A stretch of 64,000 bases of DNA from a candidate division TM6 bacterium GW2011_GWF2_37_49 (GTDB lineage: Bacteria > Babelota > Babeliae > Babelales > RVW-14). Every line of letters starts with the position of its first letter. Position 1 is the stretch's first letter. The translations under genes were made by a program, and so were the position numbers. Positions 38,710 to 48,629 of this stretch are shown one piece after another. Below the pieces are notes generated by a model. The model was given only the letters and a program-made list of their open reading frames with translations, made no database searches and was not told the DNA's origin. Location: positions 33,847-97,846 of the forward strand of contig LBTE01000003.1 in NCBI GenBank assembly GCA_000989955.1. Reading direction: 5' to 3'.

Positions 38710-40242
38710 CTATTTTGTTTTTTTATAATTCATCACGAATTCGACTAAAAGCCTCACGCCAACGCCAGTTGCGCCTTTGCCAAGATAATTGATGCCCGGC
38801 ACTTCATCTGCTGTTCCTGCGATATCTAAATGTGCCCAGCGAGCTTTTTCGACAAAATTTTCAAGAAAGCATGACGCTGTAACGGTTCCAGCAAGATAAG
38901 CTCGCGACCCAGTGTTGCTCAGATCTGCGACGTCTGATTTGATAGCGTCTTTAAAGTCATCGTTTTCCAGCGGCAACGGCCAGACCATGTCACCGGTCAA
39001 TAATCCCAGATTTTGCAACGAGTCAGATAACGCTTTGTCACGCGTCATAATAGCCGAATAAAAGTGTCCAAGCGCGTAAGCACAAGCTCCGGTCAGCGTA
39101 GCTATATCGATCATTACCTCGGGTTTATAAAATTTCTCAGCGTAATGCAACGCATCAGCCAAAATTAAACGCCCCTCCGCATCAGTGCTTCTAATCTCGG
39201 CGGTTTTGCCATTCATGAAAGTAATTATATCGTCCTGGCGGGCTGCTTTGCCGCTTGGCATGTTTTCAACCAACGGCGCAACCGCAACCACGTTAACATC
39301 AGGCTTTAACTGCGCAATAATTTTCATTGATGCAATTACGGCCGCTGCACCGGACATGTCAAACTTCATACCGTGCATAGAATCGGAAGGCTTCAAGCTT
39401 ACTCCACCGGTGTCAAAGCAAACGCCTTTGCCAACAAGCGCAATTGTTGGAGCATCTTTTTTATCGGTTTTGTATTCAAGAACAACAAATTGTCCTGGCT
39501 GGTCAGATCCTGCATCAACGCATAAAAAGCCACCCATGCCAAGCTCTCGCGCTTTATCTTCTCCAAAAATTTTGCCTTCAAGTGCAAACTCATCAGCTAT
39601 TTTTTTTGCATTTTTTGCCAGTTCAAGTGGAGTTAAAATATTGGCAGGCAGATCGGCCCAGTGCCTGGCATCGTTGATTGCACGTCCAATAATTGTTCCT
39701 TGTTGCAGCGCTAAAAGATGCATAGAATGAGAGCTTTGATCTGTTTCAATAAATAGTGTGCCGCTCCATTCTTTTTCTTTTTTGTCGGATTTAAATTTGA
39801 TGAATTCATAATCAGCCATGTAAGCGTTGATGGTCAACTGCTTGACTAGCTCGGATGAATCCACGCTAAACGCAGTTGAATCTGGAAGTGCGACAACGGC
39901 TGAATGAATTTCAAGATTTTTTAATTTTAGAATTGCACTTGCAAAAGCTCGACGTAAAAGCTCGAGTTCTCGATGCCAAGAGCTTTTTAACTTGCCCAAT
40001 CCAACAAAAATAAATTGCGCAAATTTACCATTTTTATTTGCAGTCAAAACAAATAATTGTCCGGTCTTGCCATTAAATTTATGCTTTTTTAAGATGTCTT
40101 TAATCTTTGGATAATATTCTTTGTCTATTTTATCAAGACTCGCCAAGTCTGAGGCAGACATCATCTCTTCGGTCGTTAAAAAAATGTAGCCTTCTACGTC
40201 ATTTTCCCAAAAATTTTTTTGCGTTAATTCAACTGAAATCAT
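38710..40242 (-). CDS. pepA: Leucyl aminopeptidase (M17)
   Basis: LVGKGVCFDTGG, MKFDMSGAA, STDAEGRLILAD, IATLTGA, WAHLDIAG. Confidence 0.95.
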   Translation of the reverse strand: MISVELTQKNFWENDVEGYIFLTTEEMMSASDLASLDKIDKEYYPKIKDILKKHKFNGKTGQLFVLTANKNGKFAQFIFVGLGKLKSSWHRELELLRRAFASAILKLKNLEIHSAVVALPDSTAFSVDSSELVKQLTINAYMADYEFIKFKSDKKEKEWSGTLFIETDQSSHSMHLLALQQGTIIGRAINDARHWADLPANILTPLELAKNAKKIADEFALEGKIFGEDKARELGMGGFLCVDAGSDQPGQFVVLEYKTDKKDAPTIALVGKGVCFDTGGVSLKPSDSMHGMKFDMSGAAAVIASMKIIAQLKPDVNVVAVAPLVENMPSGKAARQDDIITFMNGKTAEIRSTDAEGRLILADALHYAEKFYKPEVMIDIATLTGACAYALGHFYSAIMTRDKALSDSLQNLGLLTGDMVWPLPLENDDFKDAIKSDVADLSNTGSRAYLAGTVTASCFLENFVEKARWAHLDIAGTADEVPGINYLGKGATGVGVRLLVEFVMNYKKTK

Positions 40243-40282
40243 TTTAAACCTTTCTATTATAAATTTCATAAATGTCAGTGAT

Positions 40283-40438
40283 ATAAATTTTTCTGTAACT
40301 TATGACCAAACAACACGTCATCCTTGCGTAAGCTGGGATCCAGTCGAATTCTGTAATTTCAAAACGAACGTTTTTTCTGGATTCCCGATCAAGCCGGGAA
40401 TGACAGCGTTTAGGGTTTTAGGTTTCAGAAGAGGTCTA
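40283..40438. repeat. Nested palindromic MITE/REP-like element
   Basis: Inner gtcatccttgcgtaagctgggatccag...ctggattcccgatcaagccgggaatgac (40317-40404); outer right end aggtttcagaagaggtcta with degenerate left partner. Confidence 0.6.
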
Positions 40439-40532
40439 TTTTGATTTGATTATATCAAATTTGTTGGCGAATTAACGCATGAAATTATATATCGTCAAAA
40501 AATCGACCTGATCAAGCCTCAAAAATACGCAG

Positions 40533-40667
40533 GCACTTTGTGCACTTTTTTAAAATCACATTCGATAAACCAAGCCCAGTCATGGTCGGCAGAGCGCATT
40601 GTAAAATTTGTTAATTTCTTTACAAAGCCCATGCATCCGCACTTAGCGCAAGTTGTGGTTAATGTAT
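40533..40667 (-). repeat. 135-bp dispersed intergenic element, copy 9
   Basis: gcactttgtgca, attcg, taaaatttgttaatttctt, gcccatg, aatgtat. Confidence 0.9.
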
Positions 40668-40716
40668 AAGCGTGTTTATGATAGAGTTGGCGATATGGGT
40701 AAATTATAAAATATGA

Positions 40717-41811
40717 TTACAAAAACAAATTCGATAAAAAATATTCAGCCCTTAAAACCTTGATGCCGTTTTTGTCAAACTCATTTCTCAAGAATTTAAC
40801 GAGTTGAATTGCTGGGGAATTATATTTTTCGTGGAAATAAATCAATGACCGGCTCAACGCACTATCAATTTCGTCTTTGTACACCAAGGCAAAGTCAACC
40901 TCCTGCCCGTCTTTTGTTCGCAAATAATTTAGATAATATTCTTCGGCCTGATAATCAGTCTTTGCGTAAACATGCTTCAACAAGCTAACTGCTACTAAAT
41001 TTTCAAATTTAGCACCATCATCTCCCTGAACAAGGCCAGTATCAAAAAAATATATTTTGGGCTCTTTTAATAAGCTGCGGGCAATATTTTTTGAAAAAGG
41101 TGTCACCCTAAAAACTATAAATAATGCCTCCAAAATTTGTATATACTTTTTGATAGTTATGGGCGATACGCTCACATCCTCCGCCAAAGATTGGTACGAA
41201 ACAGGAGTTCCGACGCGGTTTCTTAATAAATTAAAAACAAGCTGCATCGACTTAATATTATAAATTTTATCAATTTCAAAAACATCCGTACTTAAAATAC
41301 TGTTGACGTACTGAAGCCTCCATCTGTTTGCCTCAATATCGTTTTCAGCCAAATAAGGCTCCGGAAAGCCGCTTCGTACAATTAATTTATCTATATCGAT
41401 CGGCTCGGCAACCTGTTTGACCTCTGCGAGCGATAACGGCATTAATCGATGGCGAAAATAGCGACCAGCCAGCGAATCTCCAAGTTGGTCATAGACATCC
41501 AGTCGAGCGCTACCAGTTACCAAAACACGCATCAGTTCAGGCTTTGTATCAAATACCCCTTTTAAATAATTCTTCCAATTTTCCATTTTATGGAGTTCAT
41601 CAAATATTAATAATTCAGTTGAAGGCAACCAAGACTGGGACGTAATAATTGCACGATCCAAAGCCTGGTCATAATTAAGATAGACAGTGCGCTCAAATCC
41701 ACGCGCAATATCTTTTGCTAGCCAGGTTTTTCCTGCCTGGCGTGGGCCAACGAGTAGGACAATTTTTTTTTCAAGATCCTTGAGGATCATCTCTTTTTGA
41801 GTTCTTTTCAT
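40717..41811 (-). CDS. AAA_14 ATPase with DUF4143
   Basis: GPRQAGKT, FDELHK, TGSARL, DSLAGRY, SGFPEP, EPKIYFFDTG, EVDF. Confidence 0.9.
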   Translation of the reverse strand: MKRTQKEMILKDLEKKIVLLVGPRQAGKTWLAKDIARGFERTVYLNYDQALDRAIITSQSWLPSTELLIFDELHKMENWKNYLKGVFDTKPELMRVLVTGSARLDVYDQLGDSLAGRYFRHRLMPLSLAEVKQVAEPIDIDKLIVRSGFPEPYLAENDIEANRWRLQYVNSILSTDVFEIDKIYNIKSMQLVFNLLRNRVGTPVSYQSLAEDVSVSPITIKKYIQILEALFIVFRVTPFSKNIARSLLKEPKIYFFDTGLVQGDDGAKFENLVAVSLLKHVYAKTDYQAEEYYLNYLRTKDGQEVDFALVYKDEIDSALSRSLIYFHEKYNSPAIQLVKFLRNEFDKNGIKVLRAEYFLSNLFL

Positions 41812-41831
41812 AAGACTATTCTATATCAGGA

Positions 41832-41857
41832 TATCGAAAAGTCAAGACTTTTCGATA
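41832..41857. promoter_or_regulatory. Palindromic putative operator upstream of AAA_14 gene
   Basis: tatcgaaaagtc-aa-gacttttcgata perfect 12-bp arms, 20 bp before the start codon. Confidence 0.6.
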
Positions 41858-42014
41858 AAGCAATATCGTTTAGTCGGAGGCGCCTGTGGTTAAAGATGTA
41901 AGTATCTTGGCTATTTTCAGACTGAAATTATTGCCGTTTTTTATTTTTTCATATTTAAGTTATACTATTCAAATACATTGCAAAATAAACCATTTAAACT
42001 TTAAGAATTAATTT

Positions 42015-42929
42015 ATGGATTATCTAAAAAAAATGTTATTGGTTATCGGTTTTGCGTTGCTTACGCTTTCAGGCGGTGCAGCGCAAACCAGCGTTTGTAC
42101 AGATGAATCATTGCAATTAACACAACCTGCAGCCCCAAACAATGACATAGTCGAAACGTTTGAAAAATTAGCTCAGCAAGCGTTGTTTGCACAAAAACCG
42201 TTAGTCGTTTCGCGAATGCTGCTCGGAACTGTGCGAGAGTTTGTTAAAATTTGCGGATTTCTAGTATTTTCGCATTTGGCAGAACTAGCTCAATTTCAAG
42301 GCCTAACCGCAATGGGAATGACATTTCATGGCCTGAGCATACTAGCTCCAGTGCTTTCTGATAGAATCATTTATAAAAAAGATAAATCTCTTACAAAACT
42401 TCAGCAGCTCGAAAAATATGTGACATCGTTAACCACTGAACAAAAAAATGAGATATATGCTTTATTTCAGGAAAAATACAACGTGCCGCTGAGCGATAAG
42501 GTGTCAAAAGACCTTGATAATCAGCTGATAAAAAATGGTCGAATATTTGTAACCGTTTTCGATGTTTTATTTCCGATCTTTTTATTATTTTTTGCCGATA
42601 TATTAAACTTTTCCTATGAATTTGGGGAACTTGCACCAGGGGAACTTGCAGAATTCGAATCTATTAAAGTGTGGTGGGGGAAAATTAGCAAACTTAACGC
42701 AGAAGGCTTGACTCGATCTATTGAAATGATCAAGGACTATAACGACCCTTCAACGATGTACTTCTTCAGAGGTTCATTCTTCAGATTTTTCGCATTTTTG
42801 ATTGTTCTTGCAACTGATATTCCGCAGGTTTTAATAAACGCAAAACACAGCTCTGACTATCAAAGAAACTCCGCGCTTGCCAAGATTAAAGATGCATTAA
42901 CATTATCCAAACCAAAAGTGGAAGCTTAA
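42015..42929 (+). CDS. Hypothetical exported/membrane protein
   Basis: Signal peptide plus hydrophobic segments. Confidence 0.7.
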   Translation: MDYLKKMLLVIGFALLTLSGGAAQTSVCTDESLQLTQPAAPNNDIVETFEKLAQQALFAQKPLVVSRMLLGTVREFVKICGFLVFSHLAELAQFQGLTAMGMTFHGLSILAPVLSDRIIYKKDKSLTKLQQLEKYVTSLTTEQKNEIYALFQEKYNVPLSDKVSKDLDNQLIKNGRIFVTVFDVLFPIFLLFFADILNFSYEFGELAPGELAEFESIKVWWGKISKLNAEGLTRSIEMIKDYNDPSTMYFFRGSFFRFFAFLIVLATDIPQVLINAKHSSDYQRNSALAKIKDALTLSKPKVEA

Positions 42930-42932
42930 TTT

Positions 42933-43927
42933 ATGAAAAAATTAAAAAACTTATTTTTGGGTATTAGTTTCACATTATTCGTCTTTTCAATCTATGCCAA
43001 CGAAAACATAACACAGCCAACCGAAAGCACGACTCAATCAACTGAATGCAAAGATGAAGACCTACAAAAATTAAATACAGAAATAGCTGCGCTCGAAAAT
43101 ATCATAAAAAAACCAAAGAAGAGTTAGTCATCACAATATACGGCTTGAAGCATTATATGACCTTTTTTGCAAAACTTATGGCGTATGTTTATGCTGGTAT
43201 GTTGATTCACGAAATGGGGCATGCCTGCGTTAGCAAGTTATTTGCACCTGGCGTTCCTACGCCCATACATCTTTTTGCCGATTCTAGCGGCCAAAATGGC
43301 TCCAAAGAAATTTTGTTCAGTATTTTCAACATTCATGTCCATAAATCATTTTATGAAGGCGGTTATTGTTGTACAGCCCTCCCTGCCGATCTGGGGCAAA
43401 ACTATAAACTTAAAGAGGCTCTAATCCGGATTGCTGGTGGTGCCGCATTTTTGCTTTTTGCGTACGTGTGTTTTGCAGGGCAAGCCGCTAAAATTAAACA
43501 CCAAGAATGTGGAAATTTAAAAAAATCTATAATTTTTGGATTCAAAAACGCACTCACTCCGTATAAAAATTTGTTTTTAAATAAAAAGCTATCCAAAGTC
43601 GAACTGATTGCTAAATTGGCCTTCATTTCCGTACAGATTTTACATATCGTATCTCAAATTTTTTATGCATTCCTTCCATCTTCATCAACAAACCATGCGG
43701 ATGGCACAATGTTTTGGCGCATGATATGCGATAGAACTCCAATTCCAGGAAAATACGTTTCAAGCTTGGCGGATTATTGCGCTATACTGATTTTATTGGA
43801 AAAAAGCATATCCGTATTTAATAAATATTTTGAACACCCTGAAGTTGATGAACAAACACAAACGGACGATCCGTCGCTAGAAAACCAACTTGAAAGTTGG
43901 TTCGGCAAGGCACTGTCTACAAGGTAA
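42933..43927 (+). pseudogene. M50-like membrane zinc metalloprotease, frameshifted at A7 run 43106-43112
   Basis: One extra A joins the 64-aa signal-peptide ORF to the 260-aa ORF carrying LIHEMGH and a downstream DG. Confidence 0.7.
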
Positions 43928-43972
43928 AATATTCGATTACACGCCCCAATTACATTCCTCAAAAATGCGCAG

Positions 43973-44107
43973 CAAGTTTTTGCACTTTTTTAAAATAGCA
44001 TTCGATAAAACCGACCCAATCGATGCTAGCGGGCGGACTTATAAAATTTGTTAATTCATTAACAAGGCCGACGCAGTCGAGATTTATGGCGACGATGATC
44101 AATGTAT
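43973..44107 (-). repeat. 135-bp dispersed intergenic element, copy 10
   Basis: tttttgca, attcg, ccaatc, taaaatttgttaattc, gccgacg, aatgtat. Confidence 0.9.
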
Positions 44108-44126
44108 GTGCCTGAAAATCAATGTT

Positions 44127-44744
44127 TTACTTCAATCGTTCTTGAATATCTAAAAGCTGTTTTTTAAACGATTTAATATTATCCCAGAATTCTTGGTCTT
44201 GCTTAAATGCTGGTTGAACCTGATCTTCGGCCGACAACTCTTGACTTAAAGTTGCACCAACAATATCATCCTCCGCAGGCTTTGCTGTTTGTTCTTCTAC
44301 GAAGGTTTCAGGTTCAGTTATTTTTGGTGTAAATTCGACAATTTCTGGTGCTTGAATTTCTTGAGCCAGTTCTTGAGTTTCAACCTTGGCTTCAAGCTTA
44401 ATTTCCAAAATTTCTGGTTGATCTGCTTGCACTGCAACTTCAGCCAAAATAGGCTCCGCTGCAGGCTCTTGAATATTTGACTTTGCAATTGATTGGATTT
44501 GTTCGGCTTTTTGTGCCAAGACGCTTGGAAGTTGCTGTTTGGCAACTGTTGGCGAAAGTTTTTCACCGTACAACATGTCGCGTATTGCTTCAAAGGTTAT
44601 CAGGTCTTCTTCGCTGTACTGCATTCCAGCGCGATTCAAATTAAATTGTTTTTCCCAGGTGCGTATTACAAATTTTTTGACCCCAAGCATTGTGGCGATT
44701 TCATCGGCCTTGTAATGCTTACTGTTTTGAGACATCTCCAGCAT
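44127..44744 (-). CDS. MerR-type HTH protein with acidic low-complexity tail
   Basis: YKADEIATMLGVKKFVIRTWEKQF...YSEEDL. Confidence 0.75.
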   Translation of the reverse strand: MLEMSQNSKHYKADEIATMLGVKKFVIRTWEKQFNLNRAGMQYSEEDLITFEAIRDMLYGEKLSPTVAKQQLPSVLAQKAEQIQSIAKSNIQEPAAEPILAEVAVQADQPEILEIKLEAKVETQELAQEIQAPEIVEFTPKITEPETFVEEQTAKPAEDDIVGATLSQELSAEDQVQPAFKQDQEFWDNIKSFKKQLLDIQERLK

Positions 44745-45309
44745 TAGCTTCTCCTTTTTTTTCAAATGTTATCAACACTTGATCTTGTTGTATCAAATTT
44801 CCTTCGGAAATTAAAATACTTTTTACAAAAGCATCAAAAGGAACCCTTATTTCATTTTCCATTTTCATAGATTCAATCGCCAAAACAGGCTTGTTTTTAT
44901 TGACCTGCTCTCCGTTTTGCACAAATATTTTTGTGATGCGTCCTGTCAAAGGACTTTTGAGCGATAATTTTTCTGCTCCATAAAATTTGACTGACTCATT
45001 TAAGGCACATGGAAAATTTTCGCCTACCAAAGCAGGTATTGTTTTGGGTTTGATTTTTTGCAAAGTTAGCTGTGGACCTGAGTTAAGCAGGTCAATAATT
45101 ATTTGATCTTTATTTTTAATTGATGGCATACACATTTTTTTCGGCTGCCCGTTAATTTGAAGGTAGACCGTATTTTGTGCTTCATCAAATTTTATAACTT
45201 TGACTAGCACCTGCTTTTGACCAATCTTAAGTTCTAACAAATTTTTATATTGTTTTAAGATCTTGACTGAATATTTTTTATTATCAATTAAGAATTCTTT
45301 TATTTCCAC
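44719..45309 (-). CDS. Biotin carboxyl carrier protein
   Basis: SPLTGRI, ESMKMENE biotinylation motif. Confidence 0.88.
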   Translation of the reverse strand: MEIKEFLIDNKKYSVKILKQYKNLLELKIGQKQVLVKVIKFDEAQNTVYLQINGQPKKMCMPSIKNKDQIIIDLLNSGPQLTLQKIKPKTIPALVGENFPCALNESVKFYGAEKLSLKSPLTGRITKIFVQNGEQVNKNKPVLAIESMKMENEIRVPFDAFVKSILISEGNLIQQDQVLITFEKKGEANAGDVSKQ

Positions 45310-46823
45310 TGCTGCGCCTTCCAGTTGTTTGCTGCTACAGAAGCGTTATTTGTCGTGATGGGTTGTTGATCTTGCAGTTTTTGAATAATTGTTGCGGCAA
45401 CAACTCCAAGCTCTTCAATCGTTAAATCTGATTTATGCTGTGAAACCTGTAATTTGCTTGCAGAGCATATTTTTTTTGTTTGTTCCGTGCTTAAAAATTG
45501 TGTATGAAATTTGCCATTTTTAAAAGCTTCGGTTTTTATTAAATCAGTTAAAAATTTTATGTTTGTCGTTACACCGTTTATGCAAAAGCTTTTTAAAGCC
45601 TGTTCTACGTAAGCTACTGCCATTTCACGCGATTGGCCATAAACAGTCAACTGTGCCTGCATTGGGTCAAAAAATGGCGTTATTTCTTTGTTCAAGACTA
45701 AATCATGATCTAGGCGAACAGTTGGGCCACTTGGCAGCTGTAAACTTTGAATTTTGCCAGTGCATGGTGCAAAATTGTTGTTGGGATCCTCTGAATAAAT
45801 CCTGCATTCAATCGCATGTCCACGTCGATGAAATTCTGTCTGAGCGATTGGAATCGTGTTATTTTCAGCAATAAAAATTTGCATTGCAACCAAATCCACT
45901 CCAGTCGTCATCTCTGTGACAGAGTGTTCGACTTGCAGTCGAGTGTTCATTTCTAAAAAAAAGAATTCTCCGTCCGACGTTACCATAAACTCTAAAGTTC
46001 CAATGTTTTTATAACTTACAGCTTTGGCAAGCCTGAGTGATGCTGCATACATTTTTTCAAGTGTGTTTTTGTCTACAAAACTACATGGAGCTTCCTCCAC
46101 AATTTTTTGATATCGGCGTTGAAGTGAGCAGTCACGTTCAAAAAGATGAATAAAGTTTTGGCCATCTCCAGCTATCTGAATTTCGATATGTCGAGGGTTT
46201 ACAAGGTATCTTTCGACCAAGATTTTTGTAGTACCTGTTAATTTTTGTGCTTCAGAAATTGTTAGCCGCAACGCGGATTCAAGTTCGCCTGGACTATCAA
46301 CTCGTCTTGCTGCCTTGCCTCCGCCACCTAGAGGGTCTTTTAATATCAGAGGAAAGCCTATATTTAAAATCTCTTGTAGCACAACTTTAAGATCAGTGAC
46401 TACATCTATTTCTATTCCAGAAATTATTGGCACACCAGCCAAATTTGCGCAACGTCGGGCTTCGTTTTTATCCCCCATCAATTTTATAGTTTCTGGGTTT
46501 GGGCCTATCCAGGTAAGTCCAACATCGACCACTTTTTGCGCAAACATATGATTTTCAGACAAGAATCCGTATCCTGGATGAATAGCGTCAGCACCCGATT
46601 TTAAAGCAATTTTTATAATTTCGTCTTGATCCAGATATGCCAAATATCCATCTTTATCGATTGGATAAGCATAGTCTGTATTATAAATGTAAGGACTGGA
46701 GGCATCTTGCGGACTAAATATCGCAACTGTTTCGATACCCAAAGATTTGCACGTAAAATTTATTCGATTTACGATGCCTCCACGATTTGCGATTAGTATT
46801 TTTTTAATATTTTTGCTACTCAT
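45300..46823 (-). CDS. accC: Acyl-CoA carboxylase biotin carboxylase subunit
   Basis: ILIANRG, IHPGYGFLSEN, GGGGK, ERDCSLQRRYQK, LEMNTRLQVEH, ECRIYSEDP. Confidence 0.92.
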   Translation of the reverse strand: MSSKNIKKILIANRGGIVNRINFTCKSLGIETVAIFSPQDASSPYIYNTDYAYPIDKDGYLAYLDQDEIIKIALKSGADAIHPGYGFLSENHMFAQKVVDVGLTWIGPNPETIKLMGDKNEARRCANLAGVPIISGIEIDVVTDLKVVLQEILNIGFPLILKDPLGGGGKAARRVDSPGELESALRLTISEAQKLTGTTKILVERYLVNPRHIEIQIAGDGQNFIHLFERDCSLQRRYQKIVEEAPCSFVDKNTLEKMYAASLRLAKAVSYKNIGTLEFMVTSDGEFFFLEMNTRLQVEHSVTEMTTGVDLVAMQIFIAENNTIPIAQTEFHRRGHAIECRIYSEDPNNNFAPCTGKIQSLQLPSGPTVRLDHDLVLNKEITPFFDPMQAQLTVYGQSREMAVAYVEQALKSFCINGVTTNIKFLTDLIKTEAFKNGKFHTQFLSTEQTKKICSASKLQVSQHKSDLTIEELGVVAATIIQKLQDQQPITTNNASVAANNWKAQQWK

Positions 46824-46866
46824 TTTTATGTTCTAATTTCGTTTTTTTCAAGGCACCAATTTACCA

Positions 46867-47013
46867 GCTCGTGGTGAGTGTCTGCCGATCCTTCGATACG
46901 CGCACTTCGTTCGAACTCCCAGCCTTCGCGCCGGCCTCCGTAGCCACGTAGGGCGTAGGAGAGCACGCTTCGGCGGGCGGGCAGGACGAGCGGCTGGCGT
47001 ATCAAACCATGCG
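46867..47013. repeat. GC-rich nested REP-like palindromes
   Basis: gctcgtggtgagtg..gtatcaaaccatg outer; atccttcgatacg..caggacgagcgg middle; ccttcgc..gcttcggcgggcgggc inner. Confidence 0.65.
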
Positions 47014-47150
47014 GAAATAAAATTTATCTATCTTAAGAATGGTATAAGCTATCGGATAAACACCATACTTGTCAAATGGTCCTGTCAGCCGCGCGTTAAT
47101 ACAGGTAGAAAGCAAGCAGTGTTTAGCAAGAAAAAGTATTTAAAATGGAA

Positions 47151-48569
47151 TTATTTGTTATCAACCAGGCTTTCTCCAACTTTATTAATTTTTCCAGCGC
47201 CGATGGTTAAAACCAAATCTCCGACCTGAACCTCTGATTGCACTGCGTTTTTAATATCATTGTAAGTTGGCAAACACATCACTTTTAAATTTGGGTTACG
47301 ATTTTGAATTGCCTGAGCAAGGTTTTCGCTTGTGATTCCAGAGATTGGTTTTTCGCTTGCTGGATAAATTTCCGCAAGATACAGAGCATCAATTTTGTAG
47401 AAATCGCTCGAGCCTGCTAACACATCCACAAACTGATCCCAGCATTTTTGCGTTCTGGTAAAGCGATGTGGTTGAAATACAACGTGTAGTCTTTTATTTT
47501 TGCGTTTCTGTGCGACTAGGAGGGTATTTTTGATTTCGGTTGGATGGTGTCCATAATCATCGAATACATCCACACCATTGAATATACCCTTAAATTCAAA
47601 TCGTCGTTCAACGCCCCTAAATGATTCTAACGCTTGTATAATAACATCAAGCGCTATGCCCGATTCCATGCACAAAGCTGTTGCTGCTAACGAATTTAAA
47701 ACATTGTGAATGCCTGGCATATTAAGTGTTATGCGTCCAAGACATGTTTGAGTTACTGTTCCAGTGTTTATATCGAATTGATTTTTGTACAGATCAAAAA
47801 TGGTTTGTGATTTGCCAAGCTCAATAACTTTGCCCATTAGATCGGCTTTTTCAGATAGTCCATACTTAACAACGTTGATGTGTTGCAAAGGTAAAATTGC
47901 TTGAATATTTTGATCATCGATGCATACGAAAGCTTTGCCATAAAAAGGCAATCGACCCAAAAAATCTTTAAATGTATTTTTAATATCTTCAATGTCTTTG
48001 TATGTGTCAAGATGGTCATTGTCGATATTTGTCACCACAGCCATTGTTGGATGTAGATAGAGCAAAGACCTGTCGCTCTCATCGGCTTCGGCAATCAAAA
48101 AATCACCATCACCGAGCTGGGCATTGTTATTGATGCTTTTTAGCACTCCTCCAACTATGACAGTTGGCTGCATACCACCTTCGATCATGATGTGCGAAAT
48201 CAGTGATGTGGTTGTTGTTTTGCCATGCGTTCCAGAAACAGCAATGCTATACTTGGTCCTCATAAGCTCAGCAAGCATGATAGCCCTAGGAATAACTGGA
48301 ATCCCCTTTTCAATAGCTGCAAGCACTTCAGGGCCTTGCATGTCTACGGCGGAAGAATAAACAAGAACATCTGCATCTACAACGTGATTTTTATCGTGTC
48401 CACAAGAGATTAAGCAGCCTATTTTTTGTAAATGTTCTATAGTTTTGCCAACCCCAGAAAGGTCACATCCACTAACCTTGTAGCCCTGCAGCCTCAATAT
48501 TTCGGCAATTCCACTCATTCCAATACCGCCAATACCCATGAAATGGATATGCTCACATTTTTTATACAT
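47151..48569 (-). CDS. murC: UDP-N-acetylmuramate--L-alanine ligase
   Basis: GIGGIGMSGIA, GTHGKTTTT, EADESD, GVERRF, DDYGHHPTEI, FQPHRFTRT. Confidence 0.97.
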   Translation of the reverse strand: MYKKCEHIHFMGIGGIGMSGIAEILRLQGYKVSGCDLSGVGKTIEHLQKIGCLISCGHDKNHVVDADVLVYSSAVDMQGPEVLAAIEKGIPVIPRAIMLAELMRTKYSIAVSGTHGKTTTTSLISHIMIEGGMQPTVIVGGVLKSINNNAQLGDGDFLIAEADESDRSLLYLHPTMAVVTNIDNDHLDTYKDIEDIKNTFKDFLGRLPFYGKAFVCIDDQNIQAILPLQHINVVKYGLSEKADLMGKVIELGKSQTIFDLYKNQFDINTGTVTQTCLGRITLNMPGIHNVLNSLAATALCMESGIALDVIIQALESFRGVERRFEFKGIFNGVDVFDDYGHHPTEIKNTLLVAQKRKNKRLHVVFQPHRFTRTQKCWDQFVDVLAGSSDFYKIDALYLAEIYPASEKPISGITSENLAQAIQNRNPNLKVMCLPTYNDIKNAVQSEVQVGDLVLTIGAGKINKVGESLVDNK

Positions 48570-48629
48570 TTTTTATCCTAAAAAATAAAAACCCCACCAG
48601 CTCTCACGATTCTCAATTTTATAATAAAT

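Noticed and set aside
41860-41905. Possible partial element (gatgtaa)
   Set aside because: No GCCGAT or AT core at the required spacing
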